This document shows, piece by piece, positions 8,114-16,705 of a stretch of 42,988 nt of DNA (position 1 is its first letter; every line of letters begins with the position of its first letter). The DNA lies in IMG/VR virus record IMGVR_UViG_3300034151_000005, positions 1 through 42,988 of that record. One strand, 5' to 3'. The position numbers and the translations under genes are program-made. Below the pieces are notes generated by a model, which was not told where the DNA came from, did no database searches, and worked only from the letters and a program-made list of their open reading frames with translations. The stretch is from a virus (taxonomy: Duplodnaviria > Caudoviricetes).

Positions 8114-8389
8114 GGGAATCCTTCCGACGAGACCGAACGGTTCCACCGTCCGGGGTGTGAGTTGAGGGCGCTGGGTCAGACCAACCCAGCCATGACAGTA
8201 TCCACCACAGACCGACAATCGAGCCCACGCTCACCGTGAAGAGGTCGAGCAGGCTCATGAGTTCGCGCAACGATCACCCCCCACGCTTCACGAGTGTGCT
8301 ACTGTTGACGTCCCGGCAGGGATGGGAGCCCCTCACAGGGCAGGCGATGCCACCCACGCTATGACGATAGTGCTTTCCCTGCCGGTCAT

Positions 8390-9001
8390 TCACTCCCCCG
8401 TAAAGCACGGGTCACGCGGCAGGCCCGCAATCATCCGCTTGACGTCATCGATGTGCGCGAGCACGGACGGCCGCTCCGGGGTGTGGTTGAACAACCCCTG
8501 CGATGTGTAGTCCACCTGATCGCGAATGAGCGCGACTTCGGCCATGAGCGCGTCCCACTCCGCTCGCGTGATGACGGGCGGCGGCGGTGTCGGCTGGACG
8601 GGCGGCGTCACGGGCGGCGGTGTCGTCACGGGCGGCTCAGGACCCGGCTCCGGTACGCCCGCGCACTCGGGCGCCACCAACACGCCCACCGTGCCGTCGT
8701 CGGCCGTGGCGTGCGTCTGGTCGATCCAGGCCGGTGATGGGTCTGGCCCGCCGGCCCCGCCGATGATGTCGACAATCGAGCAGCCCCACGGCACCGCCGC
8801 GTTCTGCCACGCGATCGCATCGTCGCTGAGGTCGTTCGGGTTGCCGCGCTTGCCATTACGGCCCCACTGCGCGTCCTCCGCGCGCAGCTCGCAGGCCACC
8901 GCTTCGGTGAAGGCGTGCGAGTCGTGAATCAAGCCGGGATGCGCGTCGTTCACGCGCTCGACGACATCAAACCGATTGGGAGCGAGCCACGGATCTGCCA
9001 T
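8390..9001 (-). CDS. Hypothetical protein with a WGxNGKRGN...SDDAIA...VDII domain, Pro-rich linker and C-terminal coiled segment; candidate lysin
   Basis: Clear ORF with AAAGGTG RBS before ATG 9001; function inferred from position only. Confidence 0.6.
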   Translation of the reverse strand: MADPWLAPNRFDVVERVNDAHPGLIHDSHAFTEAVACELRAEDAQWGRNGKRGNPNDLSDDAIAWQNAAVPWGCSIVDIIGGAGGPDPSPAWIDQTHATADDGTVGVLVAPECAGVPEPGPEPPVTTPPPVTPPVQPTPPPPVITRAEWDALMAEVALIRDQVDYTSQGLFNHTPERPSVLAHIDDVKRMIAGLPRDPCFTGE

Positions 9002-9015
9002 AAATGACACCTTTC

Positions 9016-10707
9016 CTAGCGCGTGATGCGCGTGTTGACCTTGAAGACGTAGACCATCGGCCTGCCTGGACTGCCGCCGTGCCGCGTGTCGCGTTCGCCC
9101 TTCACGGCATAGAGCAGGTCCGTGCGCTGGTCGAACCAGGCCCCGTCGATCTTGAACGCATCATCGTCCCAGTCGCTCTGACCCTGAAAGAATGCATCGT
9201 GCATGTCCACGACGTACGTCTCCTTCAGTTCGTGTGGCGCGAGCGTGCCGGACGCGCTCTTGACGAACTCTTGCGGGTCGTAAATCAGGAGATGATTCCG
9301 CATGCTCGCGGACTGGTCGCCAGGGGTGCTGTCCCACTTGCGCGCATCCGTCTGCCCGTGGCAGCACGCGCTGGGCGAATACCACTGATGCACGACCGGA
9401 TACGTCGGACTGGGGACGTTAATCCTGGCGAAGAAGCACACCCCATGCTTGTTTGGCGTGTCGATCCAGACGCCCGTGAAGCACGCATCGAGGTACCAGA
9501 CGTTCGGCACCCGAATCACCCATGACCCGTTGGCACAGTCATAGGGCGGATTGCCGGGATTGTTCGTGCCTGGCGACGTCCCCCACCCGCAGTAGCGATA
9601 CGCCTCCGGGTCCGTGTGCCGCGGCTTCTTGTGGTCGACGTCGTGAAACAGCGTGTTCAGCGAGTCAATCGACCAGCGCGGATGTGGCCCGTTGGGGCCG
9701 TTCGGCGCGGACTCCCCAGGGGTCATCTCGAGCCGGTCGGACGGCCGCGTGGCGTAGTCGGCCAGGAACGGCGCTGGCTGCAACACCGGGCCCCAGGGTG
9801 CGGTGGCGTTCCCGCTCGTGGTGTGTGCCCCGAGGCCCATGCGTCGCCCGCCAAAGTGCGCGTCAGCGACAGCGGCGGGAATGTCCATCATGTACGCGCC
9901 CGTGCGCTTGCTGCCGGTATGTGTGCGCCAGTGCCCGTACTTCGTCAGCGTGCCAGTGCTGTCGTTCAGCACCGCACACCCGATGCTCGGGTCGTTCCAG
10001 CCGGACACGTTGTAGCGGGCGTGGTACGCGTACCACACACACTGCCGCGACGCGTCCCACAGGAGGCCCGCGAGGATGCTCCCGTTGGTGTCGACAATCG
10101 GCCGATAGCCCGCCGACATCGCGCCCCAGTTCCGCAGCAGCGAGGCCACAGGCGCCGTCGCCGGGTCTTTCGTCAGGCTCGCCAGCGTCGGCGGGACGAC
10201 TTCATAGAGGTGGTGCCCGTTCCAGTTGTTCGAGCCGGTATCGCCGCTCCCCGTCATGAGCAAGCGCAGTTGCCCGTTGACGTAGCGGCCCGTGACTGAG
10301 CCGCGCTGATAGTGGAAGCCCCACGTATCCCCAGCCCCGGTGTCCGCTGGCGCCCCGAACATGCCGAGATACACGAAGTCCTCAGGCGCCAATAGGTCAG
10401 CAGGGCCCACTGGCGGTGGCTCAATGACCGGCGGTGGCTCGATCGGCGGTTCGATGATGGGCGGCTCAATCGGTGGAGGGCGTTCGGGCGGGACGACGTT
10501 CGTCCAGGCCGCGCCTGCGACCGACAGCACGTCGCCGTCAGCCACCGACGTCAGCGTCACGTCCGTGAGGTCGTTCAGCGTGTGCGTGTGCGCCTTGTCG
10601 GCCTTGGTCGCAAGCTGCGCGGTGATCGTGTCGAGGGCGGCTTGCAACCCGACGACGTCCTGAATGCGAATCGGTCCATTACTGGAGGGCGGTGCCTTCT
10701 GTGCCAT
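9016..10707 (-). CDS. Tail fibre/receptor-binding-like protein: fibre stem repeat plus ~460-aa globular domain
   Basis: N-terminal IQDVVGLQAALD...KADKAHTHTLNDLTDV fibre repeat, Pro linker; C-terminal domain paralogous to 26163-27530. Confidence 0.7.
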   Translation of the reverse strand: MAQKAPPSSNGPIRIQDVVGLQAALDTITAQLATKADKAHTHTLNDLTDVTLTSVADGDVLSVAGAAWTNVVPPERPPPIEPPIIEPPIEPPPVIEPPPVGPADLLAPEDFVYLGMFGAPADTGAGDTWGFHYQRGSVTGRYVNGQLRLLMTGSGDTGSNNWNGHHLYEVVPPTLASLTKDPATAPVASLLRNWGAMSAGYRPIVDTNGSILAGLLWDASRQCVWYAYHARYNVSGWNDPSIGCAVLNDSTGTLTKYGHWRTHTGSKRTGAYMMDIPAAVADAHFGGRRMGLGAHTTSGNATAPWGPVLQPAPFLADYATRPSDRLEMTPGESAPNGPNGPHPRWSIDSLNTLFHDVDHKKPRHTDPEAYRYCGWGTSPGTNNPGNPPYDCANGSWVIRVPNVWYLDACFTGVWIDTPNKHGVCFFARINVPSPTYPVVHQWYSPSACCHGQTDARKWDSTPGDQSASMRNHLLIYDPQEFVKSASGTLAPHELKETYVVDMHDAFFQGQSDWDDDAFKIDGAWFDQRTDLLYAVKGERDTRHGGSPGRPMVYVFKVNTRITR

Positions 10708-10911
10708 TCATTTTCCCTCAGGCGTCCAGCGGTCGGGCGCGCAGGTATACCCACAAATGCCCCCCGTGCAATCGGGGTGCTGGAGGATCTTCACCGGCCG
10801 CCCATCGGCGCAATAGCGCGGTGCCGCGGACGTGGGCGACAGTTCGATGGTGCGTCGAACGACACAGCCCGGCAGGGCGAGGCCGAGGACCACGAGCCCC
10901 GCCGTCAGCAT
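10708..10911 (-). CDS. Small Cys-rich putative lipoprotein (67 aa)
   Basis: MLTAGLVVLGLALPG-C lipobox-like signal; four further Cys. Confidence 0.55.
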   Translation of the reverse strand: MLTAGLVVLGLALPGCVVRRTIELSPTSAAPRYCADGRPVKILQHPDCTGGICGYTCAPDRWTPEGK

Positions 10912-10924
10912 CGCGGACCGCTCG

Positions 10925-11569
10925 TCACAGGCCATGGCTCGCGAGAATGTACCAGGCCGACACGCCATCACTGACCATCAACACGGATGGCTGCGGCGGG
11001 TTCGTCGCGATGGGGACGGTGTAGGCCCCAAGCTGCGAGTCGATGGTGTCCGTGCCGTCTGGCGTCACCGCGAGGACGATGTTGCCGAAGTTCTTGATAC
11101 ACAGCGGCTGCGTCGCATCGGCCGCTGGCGGCAGCGTGATCACGCACGGGTCCGCCCCGCCCGCACTGTCGACGGTCACGAGCCGGTCGGTGAGCAGCAC
11201 GACGTAGCCGCTCGTGACGTTCTTACTGCCTTCCGACAGGATGGTGCCGAAGTTGCCCGCGAACACCTGACCGACGTTCTCGATGTTGTCGATGGTGTAC
11301 TGCGGCACGTCCTCCGAATCGGTGACGATGAACTTGTAGCCGTTCGGCAGCAGGAAGATCGGCCCGTCTTCCGGCCGCGCTTCCCCGTCGAGAATGATCG
11401 GGTTGGTGTGCGCGCTCTCCGGCGTGAGGTCGACGTCGGTATAGGTCGCCTGTGGCGTGGACGTCCCCGCGACGTAGGTCCACACCTTGCCGCCGATAAG
11501 GGGAACGCCGTCAGCCGTGAAAAAGCGCTGCTCGATCCACGGGATGAGGGCGCCAGGATAGAGGGCCAT
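10925..11569 (-). CDS. Tailspike anchor/adaptor protein (214 aa)
   Basis: RFFTADGVPLIGGKVWTYVAGTSTPQATYTD...TNPIILD is typical of fibre N-termini in P22-like phages; C-terminal ITLP...DTIDS...SDGVSAWYI module; lies after the ejection genes. Confidence 0.75.
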   Translation of the reverse strand: MALYPGALIPWIEQRFFTADGVPLIGGKVWTYVAGTSTPQATYTDVDLTPESAHTNPIILDGEARPEDGPIFLLPNGYKFIVTDSEDVPQYTIDNIENVGQVFAGNFGTILSEGSKNVTSGYVVLLTDRLVTVDSAGGADPCVITLPPAADATQPLCIKNFGNIVLAVTPDGTDTIDSQLGAYTVPIATNPPQPSVLMVSDGVSAWYILASHGL

Positions 11570-11584
11570 AATTAGAGCACTCCC

Positions 11585-11740
11585 ATGATCGAAATTCTCG
11601 ACGCGCGTGCCGTACACTGGCCGACGCCGCTCCGGTGGTTGTACGTCTGCATCAAGTGGTCCCTCGTGGCGCTCGGCTTCTGGATTCTGATCTTCATCAC
11701 CCACCAACGGGTTGAGTCGGTCTGGTCCCTACTGCGATAG
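11585..11740 (+). CDS. Small antisense-strand membrane protein (51 aa), candidate superinfection exclusion; not in ORF track
   Basis: MIEILDARAVHWPTPLRWLYVCIKWSLVALGFWILIFITHQRVESVWSLLR; one TM segment; fills the intergenic gap. Confidence 0.55.
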   Translation: MIEILDARAVHWPTPLRWLYVCIKWSLVALGFWILIFITHQRVESVWSLLR

Positions 11741-13219
11741 CACACGCGACACCTGACCCGGCGCCGCCTTCATCGCCTGCGTAATGGCATGAATGGCGCT
11801 CTCGACTTTCCCTGCACTACCAGACATCAGGGCGTCGGAGAGCTTATCTTTGAACGGGGCCGCCACGGTCGTGCGGAACCATGGCGACTGCATCGCTTGC
11901 GTGAGTTTCTTGCCGGCTGCCGCCCCGACGAGCGTCTTCGTGACGGTATCGCTGAACCCTTCGCCCTGCGAAAACCCGGTCATTCCGCCCATCGCCCCGG
12001 TCAGGTTGGACACGAGCCCGCCACTCTGCGCCTGCGTCCGCAGTTTGGTGGCATCAAGAACCTCCTTCAGCCCGAGCCAGAACGAGACTTCCTTATTGAG
12101 CGTGGCGATGTCGGGGCTGGCGTTGATCAGTTCACGGAACGCGCCCGACCCTTCGCGGAAGGCCCACCCCTTGGCCTTGTCCGTGGCCGAGGCCATCGCG
12201 TTCTGTCCAAACAGGCCCGCCTTATCCGCGATGTCATCCCATGCCTTTTTGATGTAGCGGGCCTGTTCAAGGGGGATGTCGTCACCGAGTTTTCCCACGA
12301 ACGTTTCGAGATCCTTCAGCCCCGCGATGACGACTTCGTGGCCAGGAATCGCCACCAAGTCCCCGCCTGGATCGAGGACATGAAACGACTCGCGCGCCGA
12401 CTTGAGCGTGTCGATGATGGGTTTGCCGGCGATGGTGTGTCCTTCGGCCGACGCGGCGGCATACGCCTGATCGAGCGCATCGCCCACGGCACCCACCTTT
12501 TGCTCTGCGAGCCCGAGCATGGCTTCGCGCGATCCCTTGATGCCACGCTTCAGCATCTCAGGGGCGAGCTTGGCGGCTTCCGACTTGGCCCACTCCTTTG
12601 TCGCCCCGAGCGCCTGTGCGACGTTCTTCTGTGCGCCGATCTTCAGTTTCCCGGCCGCTGTACCGACCATCCCGGCTCCGGGCAACACGGCCGACAGTCC
12701 AGCCGACGCGGCGGCGGCAGGGATCGATCCGGTCTGGAGGTACGTCAACCCGGCGTCCTTGGCCGCCATCGCGGCCTTGGCCTTGCTGGCACCAGGGATG
12801 GGCGCGAAAAACATGGCGGTGTCAGCGGCCAGTTTCCCGGTGGTCTGCATCGCGTTGGTCGGCTTGAGAGAGTCATCGGCCACATCCATGGCCTTCGCCG
12901 AAATGCCTGGGGTGCCGTACAGGGCGTCGGTGATCGTCGTCACGAAAGGCACCATCTGCGCAGCACGCCCAGCGCCGACGACAAGCTGCCCGGCGCTCTT
13001 GGCCAGCCCGGTATAGGCGTCAAGCGGGTTGTCGATGAACGCCTCTTTGGCGCTAAACCTCTGCGTGCCTGTCGGCTCAGGCGCTGCCGTCTTCGTTGTG
13101 GCGTCGACCGTCGGTTTGGCTTCCCCCTCAAGCATCGACGGATCGACCGTCTCGCCAATTTCGATTAACTCCGATGGATGGACCGTGCCGCCAATGGCGA
13201 CCTTACGCTGTGGCGGCAT
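11729..13219 (-). CDS. Ejection (DNA transfer/pilot) protein, gp16-like position
   Basis: Ala/Gly/Lys-rich helical protein, last in the ejection cluster; TGATG-coupled start. Confidence 0.65.
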   Translation of the reverse strand: MPPQRKVAIGGTVHPSELIEIGETVDPSMLEGEAKPTVDATTKTAAPEPTGTQRFSAKEAFIDNPLDAYTGLAKSAGQLVVGAGRAAQMVPFVTTITDALYGTPGISAKAMDVADDSLKPTNAMQTTGKLAADTAMFFAPIPGASKAKAAMAAKDAGLTYLQTGSIPAAAASAGLSAVLPGAGMVGTAAGKLKIGAQKNVAQALGATKEWAKSEAAKLAPEMLKRGIKGSREAMLGLAEQKVGAVGDALDQAYAAASAEGHTIAGKPIIDTLKSARESFHVLDPGGDLVAIPGHEVVIAGLKDLETFVGKLGDDIPLEQARYIKKAWDDIADKAGLFGQNAMASATDKAKGWAFREGSGAFRELINASPDIATLNKEVSFWLGLKEVLDATKLRTQAQSGGLVSNLTGAMGGMTGFSQGEGFSDTVTKTLVGAAAGKKLTQAMQSPWFRTTVAAPFKDKLSDALMSGSAGKVESAIHAITQAMKAAPGQVSRVLSQ

Positions 13220-14745
13220 CACTGCACCCGCTTCCATGATCCGTCAGGCTGTTGCTCGGCAATGCCGCCGCCCTTGATATTCATGCGCTTCGGAGCACCG
13301 CCGGCCGGCGTCTCGCCTTGTGGGACACGGCGTCCGGTCAACCGCTGCTGGTGGATGAACGCGGCCTTGTCGGTCTCAAGATTCTTGATGAGTTGGTCGG
13401 TCTTGTAAATGGCCGTCTCTGGGGTATCGCGCAACGTCGCGAGAATAGCCTTGTACTTGTTCTCGTCTTCCTTGCGGAGTACGCCCCCTTCAAGCGCCTT
13501 ACCGACCCGCTGCCGGACGAGGTCAATGTCGGCCTGCGCCTTGCGCGCGTCGGAATACGGGTTGAGTGCCGAGAGCCCAGCAATCGGCCCGAGATACCGC
13601 TCGTTCTTCTTCAGAATCTCACGCAGATCCACCAGCGACTGCATCGCCGAATCCGTGGCAGCGATCTGCTTGGCCGCACCTTCCGAGAGCGGACGCCCGA
13701 ACCCCGTGAACCCCCGTCGATGCAGTTCGCCTAGAATCTTGCCGCGATCGGTGGCCGTGAGCCGGTCATACTCGCCAGGGTTGGCGATCACGCCTTCGAT
13801 GAGGTCGCCACGGTCGGCACCGGCCGCACCGCCACTCTTCGCCTGTGCCGCAAGGCGATTGGCGTTCTGCTGGGAGATGGCGAGCCCGCGATCACCCTGT
13901 GCGAGCCGCGCGCCACGATACGCCTCTGTCGCTGCTGCGGTGCGGTCTTGGTTCGCGACCGTATCGGCGTGCACTTGCGCTTGCCGCTCGTTGTCGACCC
14001 GCTGGTCTGGCGTCATCCCTCGCGCAAGGGCATCGCGTGCGAACGTCGGCGACCACGGCCCGAACGACTCCACCACCTCTCGCGGTACCTGCTGTTGAAT
14101 CAGCCCAGCCGCAATGCGTTCCTTGTCCTCAGCATTGGTCGCCGTCGAGTACGCCATCGCCGCCGCGCGATGCCAGTCGCCTTTCACGAGGTATTCGAGC
14201 GACTTCGCCTCTTGCGCGTGCAATTTATCGGCGTCGAGGCCGATCTTCCAGATGTGCTCGACCGCCCGCGGGTCGAACTGCTGCGGCAGCAGCGGTTCCA
14301 TCTCAGGGTCATTCTTGATGGCCTGCGCCCGGATCGCTGGCCACAGTTCCGGCCTGGCCTTTGCGTATTCGATCAACCCAAGGTTCTGCTTCAGGGCCAG
14401 CGCTTCCTTTTCGTGTTCCGCCTTGGCCGCGTCGAAGTCCTTCTTGCGCTGGTCCGCCCACGCACTCCCGTACTTCTGCGCCGCGGACGGTGAGAGCCGC
14501 AGCAACCCGGCGTATACCTTGTCCGGTGCACCGCCCGTCTCCGCACCGAGGCGTTGGATCAGCGCATCATCGGCCAGCGCCCGCTCGCGCTGTTGCGCTT
14601 CCGCCGCATTCGCCCGTGCCATCGCGTCACGGTTGCGCGTCTCGGCTTCGAGCGCGGCGCGCTTATTCGCGCGCTCGCTCCAGTCCTCTTCGAGTGGCGG
14701 TAGCGACGCCTGCAACAGACGCGCGTCAGACGGGATGAGTGGCAT
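13219..14745 (-). CDS. Ejection protein, gp20-like position
   Basis: Ala/Gln-rich helical protein following the gp7-like gene. Confidence 0.65.
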   Translation of the reverse strand: MPLIPSDARLLQASLPPLEEDWSERANKRAALEAETRNRDAMARANAAEAQQRERALADDALIQRLGAETGGAPDKVYAGLLRLSPSAAQKYGSAWADQRKKDFDAAKAEHEKEALALKQNLGLIEYAKARPELWPAIRAQAIKNDPEMEPLLPQQFDPRAVEHIWKIGLDADKLHAQEAKSLEYLVKGDWHRAAAMAYSTATNAEDKERIAAGLIQQQVPREVVESFGPWSPTFARDALARGMTPDQRVDNERQAQVHADTVANQDRTAAATEAYRGARLAQGDRGLAISQQNANRLAAQAKSGGAAGADRGDLIEGVIANPGEYDRLTATDRGKILGELHRRGFTGFGRPLSEGAAKQIAATDSAMQSLVDLREILKKNERYLGPIAGLSALNPYSDARKAQADIDLVRQRVGKALEGGVLRKEDENKYKAILATLRDTPETAIYKTDQLIKNLETDKAAFIHQQRLTGRRVPQGETPAGGAPKRMNIKGGGIAEQQPDGSWKRVQ

Positions 14746-14747
14746 GG

Positions 14748-15896
14748 CTACAGGCCCCCACGGGTCCACGCCCCAGGATCGACTGGCGGCGTGCTACGTC
14801 GGTTGTACCAGTTGTTCGCGAACTGTCCGGCGATGTCGCCCAGGTTCGTGATGGTGTTCGCGTTCGCCTGTGCCCCGTATTGCGTCGCGACGCCTTGGCT
14901 GTTGCCGATGCCGATCTGCGCGTTGCCGACGTTGTCCGCGTAGCCGCTCGCGAGGTTCTGTGAGGCGTTCGTCGCGTTCAGTCCGAGGTTCGCCGTGCCG
15001 AGATAGCGGTTGTACTGGTTCATCTGCTCGCCGCTCATGAAATTGGCGGCCCCGAGCTTGCGGGCGTACTCGTTCATCTGCTCGCCGCTCATGAAGTTGG
15101 CGACCCCCGCGAGCCGGTTGTAGTTGTTGCTCTGCTCACCCGCGCGCCGGTTGTAACTGTTCTGGTACTCGGTCGACGCCAGGTCCTGCGCGTACCGCTG
15201 CATCGCCTTCGCCGCCCCGCCGGTCAAGAGCGTGCCGCGCGCCGCCGCACTGCGCGCGAGCGCCTTCGCGCCTTCGTCCATGCGGAAGCCGAACGACGGG
15301 TCATCAGTGATCGGCTTGCCCGCCATCGGGTCGCCGAGCAACGGCCCCACGGCGCCACGGTCGCGCATCACCATGTCGGCAAAGGCCCGGCCCTCTGGTG
15401 TGATGCCCTGCCCGCTCGCCCAGTTGGCGAACGCCTGCCCCTGGGGCGTGACCCCGACCCCGCTCAAGCCACCGAGCGTGCCACCCGCCCCGCCGTGCCC
15501 GCCGCCCTCGACCATCCAGCCCCACGACGCGCCCGGTGCCCCCGCGCCGACCATCGCGTCGATGGTGCGCCCGTCTGGCATCACGAGTTTGTCGAGGCGT
15601 GTCGGATGCTCGAGCAGCTTGATCACGCCCGCGCCGAACGTGCGGTCGATCTCCACCATCGCCGCCCGCATGCCGTCGTTGGTCGCCGGGTACTTTTCGA
15701 GGATGTCCTGCACCGCGCGATCGCTGACCTGCTGCCGCCCACCGGCCTGCTGCTGCTGTGGCGGTGCGCCCGGTGCCGGTGCGGCCGGAGGCGTGCCCAT
15801 GCTCGTGCCCCACGCCGTCGTGCCGCCGGACGCGCCAGGCGCCATCGGGCCGACGTTGGGCGGGCCCTGCTCATCAAACCAGTCTGCTGCAGCCAT
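14748..15896 (-). CDS. Ejection protein carrying the C-terminal half of a P22 gp7-like protein
   Basis: DPSFGFRMDEGAKALARSAAARGTLLTGGAAKAMQRYAQDLASTEYQNSYNR motif. Confidence 0.75.
   Translation of the reverse strand: MAAADWFDEQGPPNVGPMAPGASGGTTAWGTSMGTPPAAPAPGAPPQQQQAGGRQQVSDRAVQDILEKYPATNDGMRAAMVEIDRTFGAGVIKLLEHPTRLDKLVMPDGRTIDAMVGAGAPGASWGWMVEGGGHGGAGGTLGGLSGVGVTPQGQAFANWASGQGITPEGRAFADMVMRDRGAVGPLLGDPMAGKPITDDPSFGFRMDEGAKALARSAAARGTLLTGGAAKAMQRYAQDLASTEYQNSYNRRAGEQSNNYNRLAGVANFMSGEQMNEYARKLGAANFMSGEQMNQYNRYLGTANLGLNATNASQNLASGYADNVGNAQIGIGNSQGVATQYGAQANANTITNLGDIAGQFANNWYNRRSTPPVDPGAWTRGGL
15018..15095. repeat. Internal 54-nt-period repeat (ANFMSGEQMN twice)
   Basis: gttcatctgctcgccgctcatgaa occurs at ~15018 and ~15072. 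Confidence 0.8.
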
Positions 15897-16705
15897 TACC
15901 GCACCTCCGTTGCGCCGCGCTGGAGATAGAACGGCACATCACTGCGCGCCACTTGCCGTGAGACGCCCGTCGGCGACCGCAGCATCGACCCACCACCTCC
16001 GGCGAAGCCCCCGAGCTGCCGACCGCCGCCGTAGCCGCTCGTGCTCTGGAGTGCCGCGGTCGGGGCCTGCCCGAAGCCGAGGGCGCTTGTGGCCGTACTC
16101 CCGCCGCCGCCGAACATGCCACCGAAGGCGCCCGACAGGGCATTGCGGCCGCCGTTGCCCGCCATGATGCGCTGACCGAAACTCTGCGGCTGCGACTGAC
16201 CCATGCCGACTGCGCCGAGCGTGCCGCCTTGCGGGGGTGGCATGTAGGGAGCGCCTGGCGCCGGCACTGGATCCCCACCGCGTCGGAAGTCCTGCGTCGG
16301 GAGCGGGTAACTGCCGCCTTGGTCTGGCGTGGGTAGTACAGGACGTTCGATACCCCTGTGAATGGCATCCCACGGAAGATCCGTGCTCTGACCAGGCTGT
16401 ACTGGCTGGAGATTGTCGAACATCCCATCGTAGGGACTCTGGCCGATTGGGAGCGTTTCGTTGCCCCGTTGCCATGGTGTGTTTGGGTCGTTGCTACTCT
16501 TGCTCCAGCCATCCGGCCCGAAAATGAATGCAGGCGAGTACGCGCGTGTATCACTGCCGCCGACATCGCCGCCCGTGCGGACGTCCATCGTCGGCAACTG
16601 CGACGTGCCGCCCTTCATGCGCGCATTCAGGTCGCGAGGCGCATAGCCCGACTCAATCGGCGCGATGCTGCCGCCGGGAATGCCCTGCTCATCGAACCAG
16701 CTCAC
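15896..16705 (-). CDS. Low-complexity Gly/Pro/Gln-rich ejection-cluster protein (269 aa)
   Basis: GTGA-coupled start (VSWFDEQG...); TAATG-coupled to the next gene. Confidence 0.7.
   Translation of the reverse strand: MSWFDEQGIPGGSIAPIESGYAPRDLNARMKGGTSQLPTMDVRTGGDVGGSDTRAYSPAFIFGPDGWSKSSNDPNTPWQRGNETLPIGQSPYDGMFDNLQPVQPGQSTDLPWDAIHRGIERPVLPTPDQGGSYPLPTQDFRRGGDPVPAPGAPYMPPPQGGTLGAVGMGQSQPQSFGQRIMAGNGGRNALSGAFGGMFGGGGSTATSALGFGQAPTAALQSTSGYGGGRQLGGFAGGGGSMLRSPTGVSRQVARSDVPFYLQRGATEVR

Noticed and set aside
7866-8270. 134-aa minus-strand ORF with an N-terminal TM segment overlapping the PEP-CTERM gene
   Set aside because: The first ~30 residues look plausible, but more than half of the ORF overlaps the PEP-CTERM gene out of frame with Arg-rich sequence; insufficient support.
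8313-8385. tRNA gene
   Set aside because: Right size and branched, but no GTTCRA T-loop, D-loop consensus or canonical arm lengths on either strand.
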